In this document: positions 63,719-64,000 of the stretch, in pieces
Layout of the letters: every line of letters starts with the position of its first letter
Position numbering within the stretch: the first letter of the stretch is position 1
NCBI GenBank assembly: GCA_047456315.1
Contig: CP179889.1
Location: 448,776-512,775, forward strand
DNA from: Candidatus Nealsonbacteria bacterium
GTDB lineage: Bacteria > Patescibacteriota > Minisyncoccia > Minisyncoccales > JANBVM01
Direction of reading: 5' to 3'
DNA: 64,000 nt
Position numbers and translations under genes: made by a program
Notes under the pieces: model-generated
What the model saw: the letters and a program-made list of their open reading frames with translations, nothing else
Told to the model about the DNA's origin: nothing
The model's database searches: none

Positions 63719-64000
63719 TTATTCTTTTTCTAAAGCGTTTCGGGCTGCTTCTTCTTCGGCTTCCTGTTTTGAAGAACCATCACCTTTAGCTATTAATTTT
63801 TTCTCTAAGAACACACCAATAACAAAGTGCTTAACATGGTCAGGACCCCACTCCTTTAATACCTTATATAAAGGAGTAATGCCTGTTTTTTCCTGAGCCT
63901 TTTCCTGAAAGCGTGACTTAGCATCCTTATAAAGCCCCTTTTCAATAATCTCAGGCAATTCTTTTATTAAATTCTTTTTAATAAACTCTTTAGCAGCATC
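63719..64000 (-). CDS. rnc: Ribonuclease III, C-terminal part (dsRBD); 5' end outside the window
   Basis: Frame is open to base 64000. dsRBD pattern DAKSRFQEKAQEK..PLYKVLKEWGPDHVKHFVIGV......GDGSSKQEAEEEAARNAL. Confidence 0.85.
   Translation of the reverse strand, partial: DAAKEFIKKNLIKELPEIIEKGLYKDAKSRFQEKAQEKTGITPLYKVLKEWGPDHVKHFVIGVFLEKKLIAKGDGSSKQEAEEEAARNALEKE

Overview
Low-GC, tightly packed bacterial chromosome segment, mostly coded on the minus strand. Gene content points to a reduced-genome Patescibacteria/CPR-type organism (inference). Housekeeping genes: dnaX, cysS, an intein-containing dnaB, recR, rplU, rmuC, a dcw cluster (mraZ-rsmH-ftsL-ftsI plus a short murF-like gene), rlmN, rplJ-rplL with a structured leader, mltG, pcm, rpmG, trmD, rpsP and a partial rnc. 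I folded six tRNAs by hand (Gln, Glu, Val, Trp, Thr, Tyr); none encodes CCA. No rRNA, CRISPR array, transposase or integrase was seen. Main observations: (1) a full-length archaeal/eukaryotic-type TFB/TFIIB homologue in an otherwise bacterial context; (2) one ECF-type promoter motif with identical 15-nt spacing found four times, linking a sigma/anti-sigma pair at 28-30 kb to a chagasin-like inhibitor gene and a Cys-rich secreted-protein gene at 2-3.6 kb; (3) a decayed defence-like islet between a purM remnant and tRNA-Gln, with a repeated 5' gene module and an 18-nt motif ahead of terminators that recurs at 30.7 kb beside an orphan tRNA 3' fragment; (4) a PD-(D/E)XK nuclease operon with two tandem ligand-binding-like paralogues and a collapsed third copy; (5) a membrane-anchored Clp/Hsp100-like AAA+ protein with a degenerate first ATPase module; (6) a tRNA-adjacent beta-helix/PKD surface protein gene that looks horizontally acquired. 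All functional calls come from reading the supplied translations and the DNA by eye. No database search was run.
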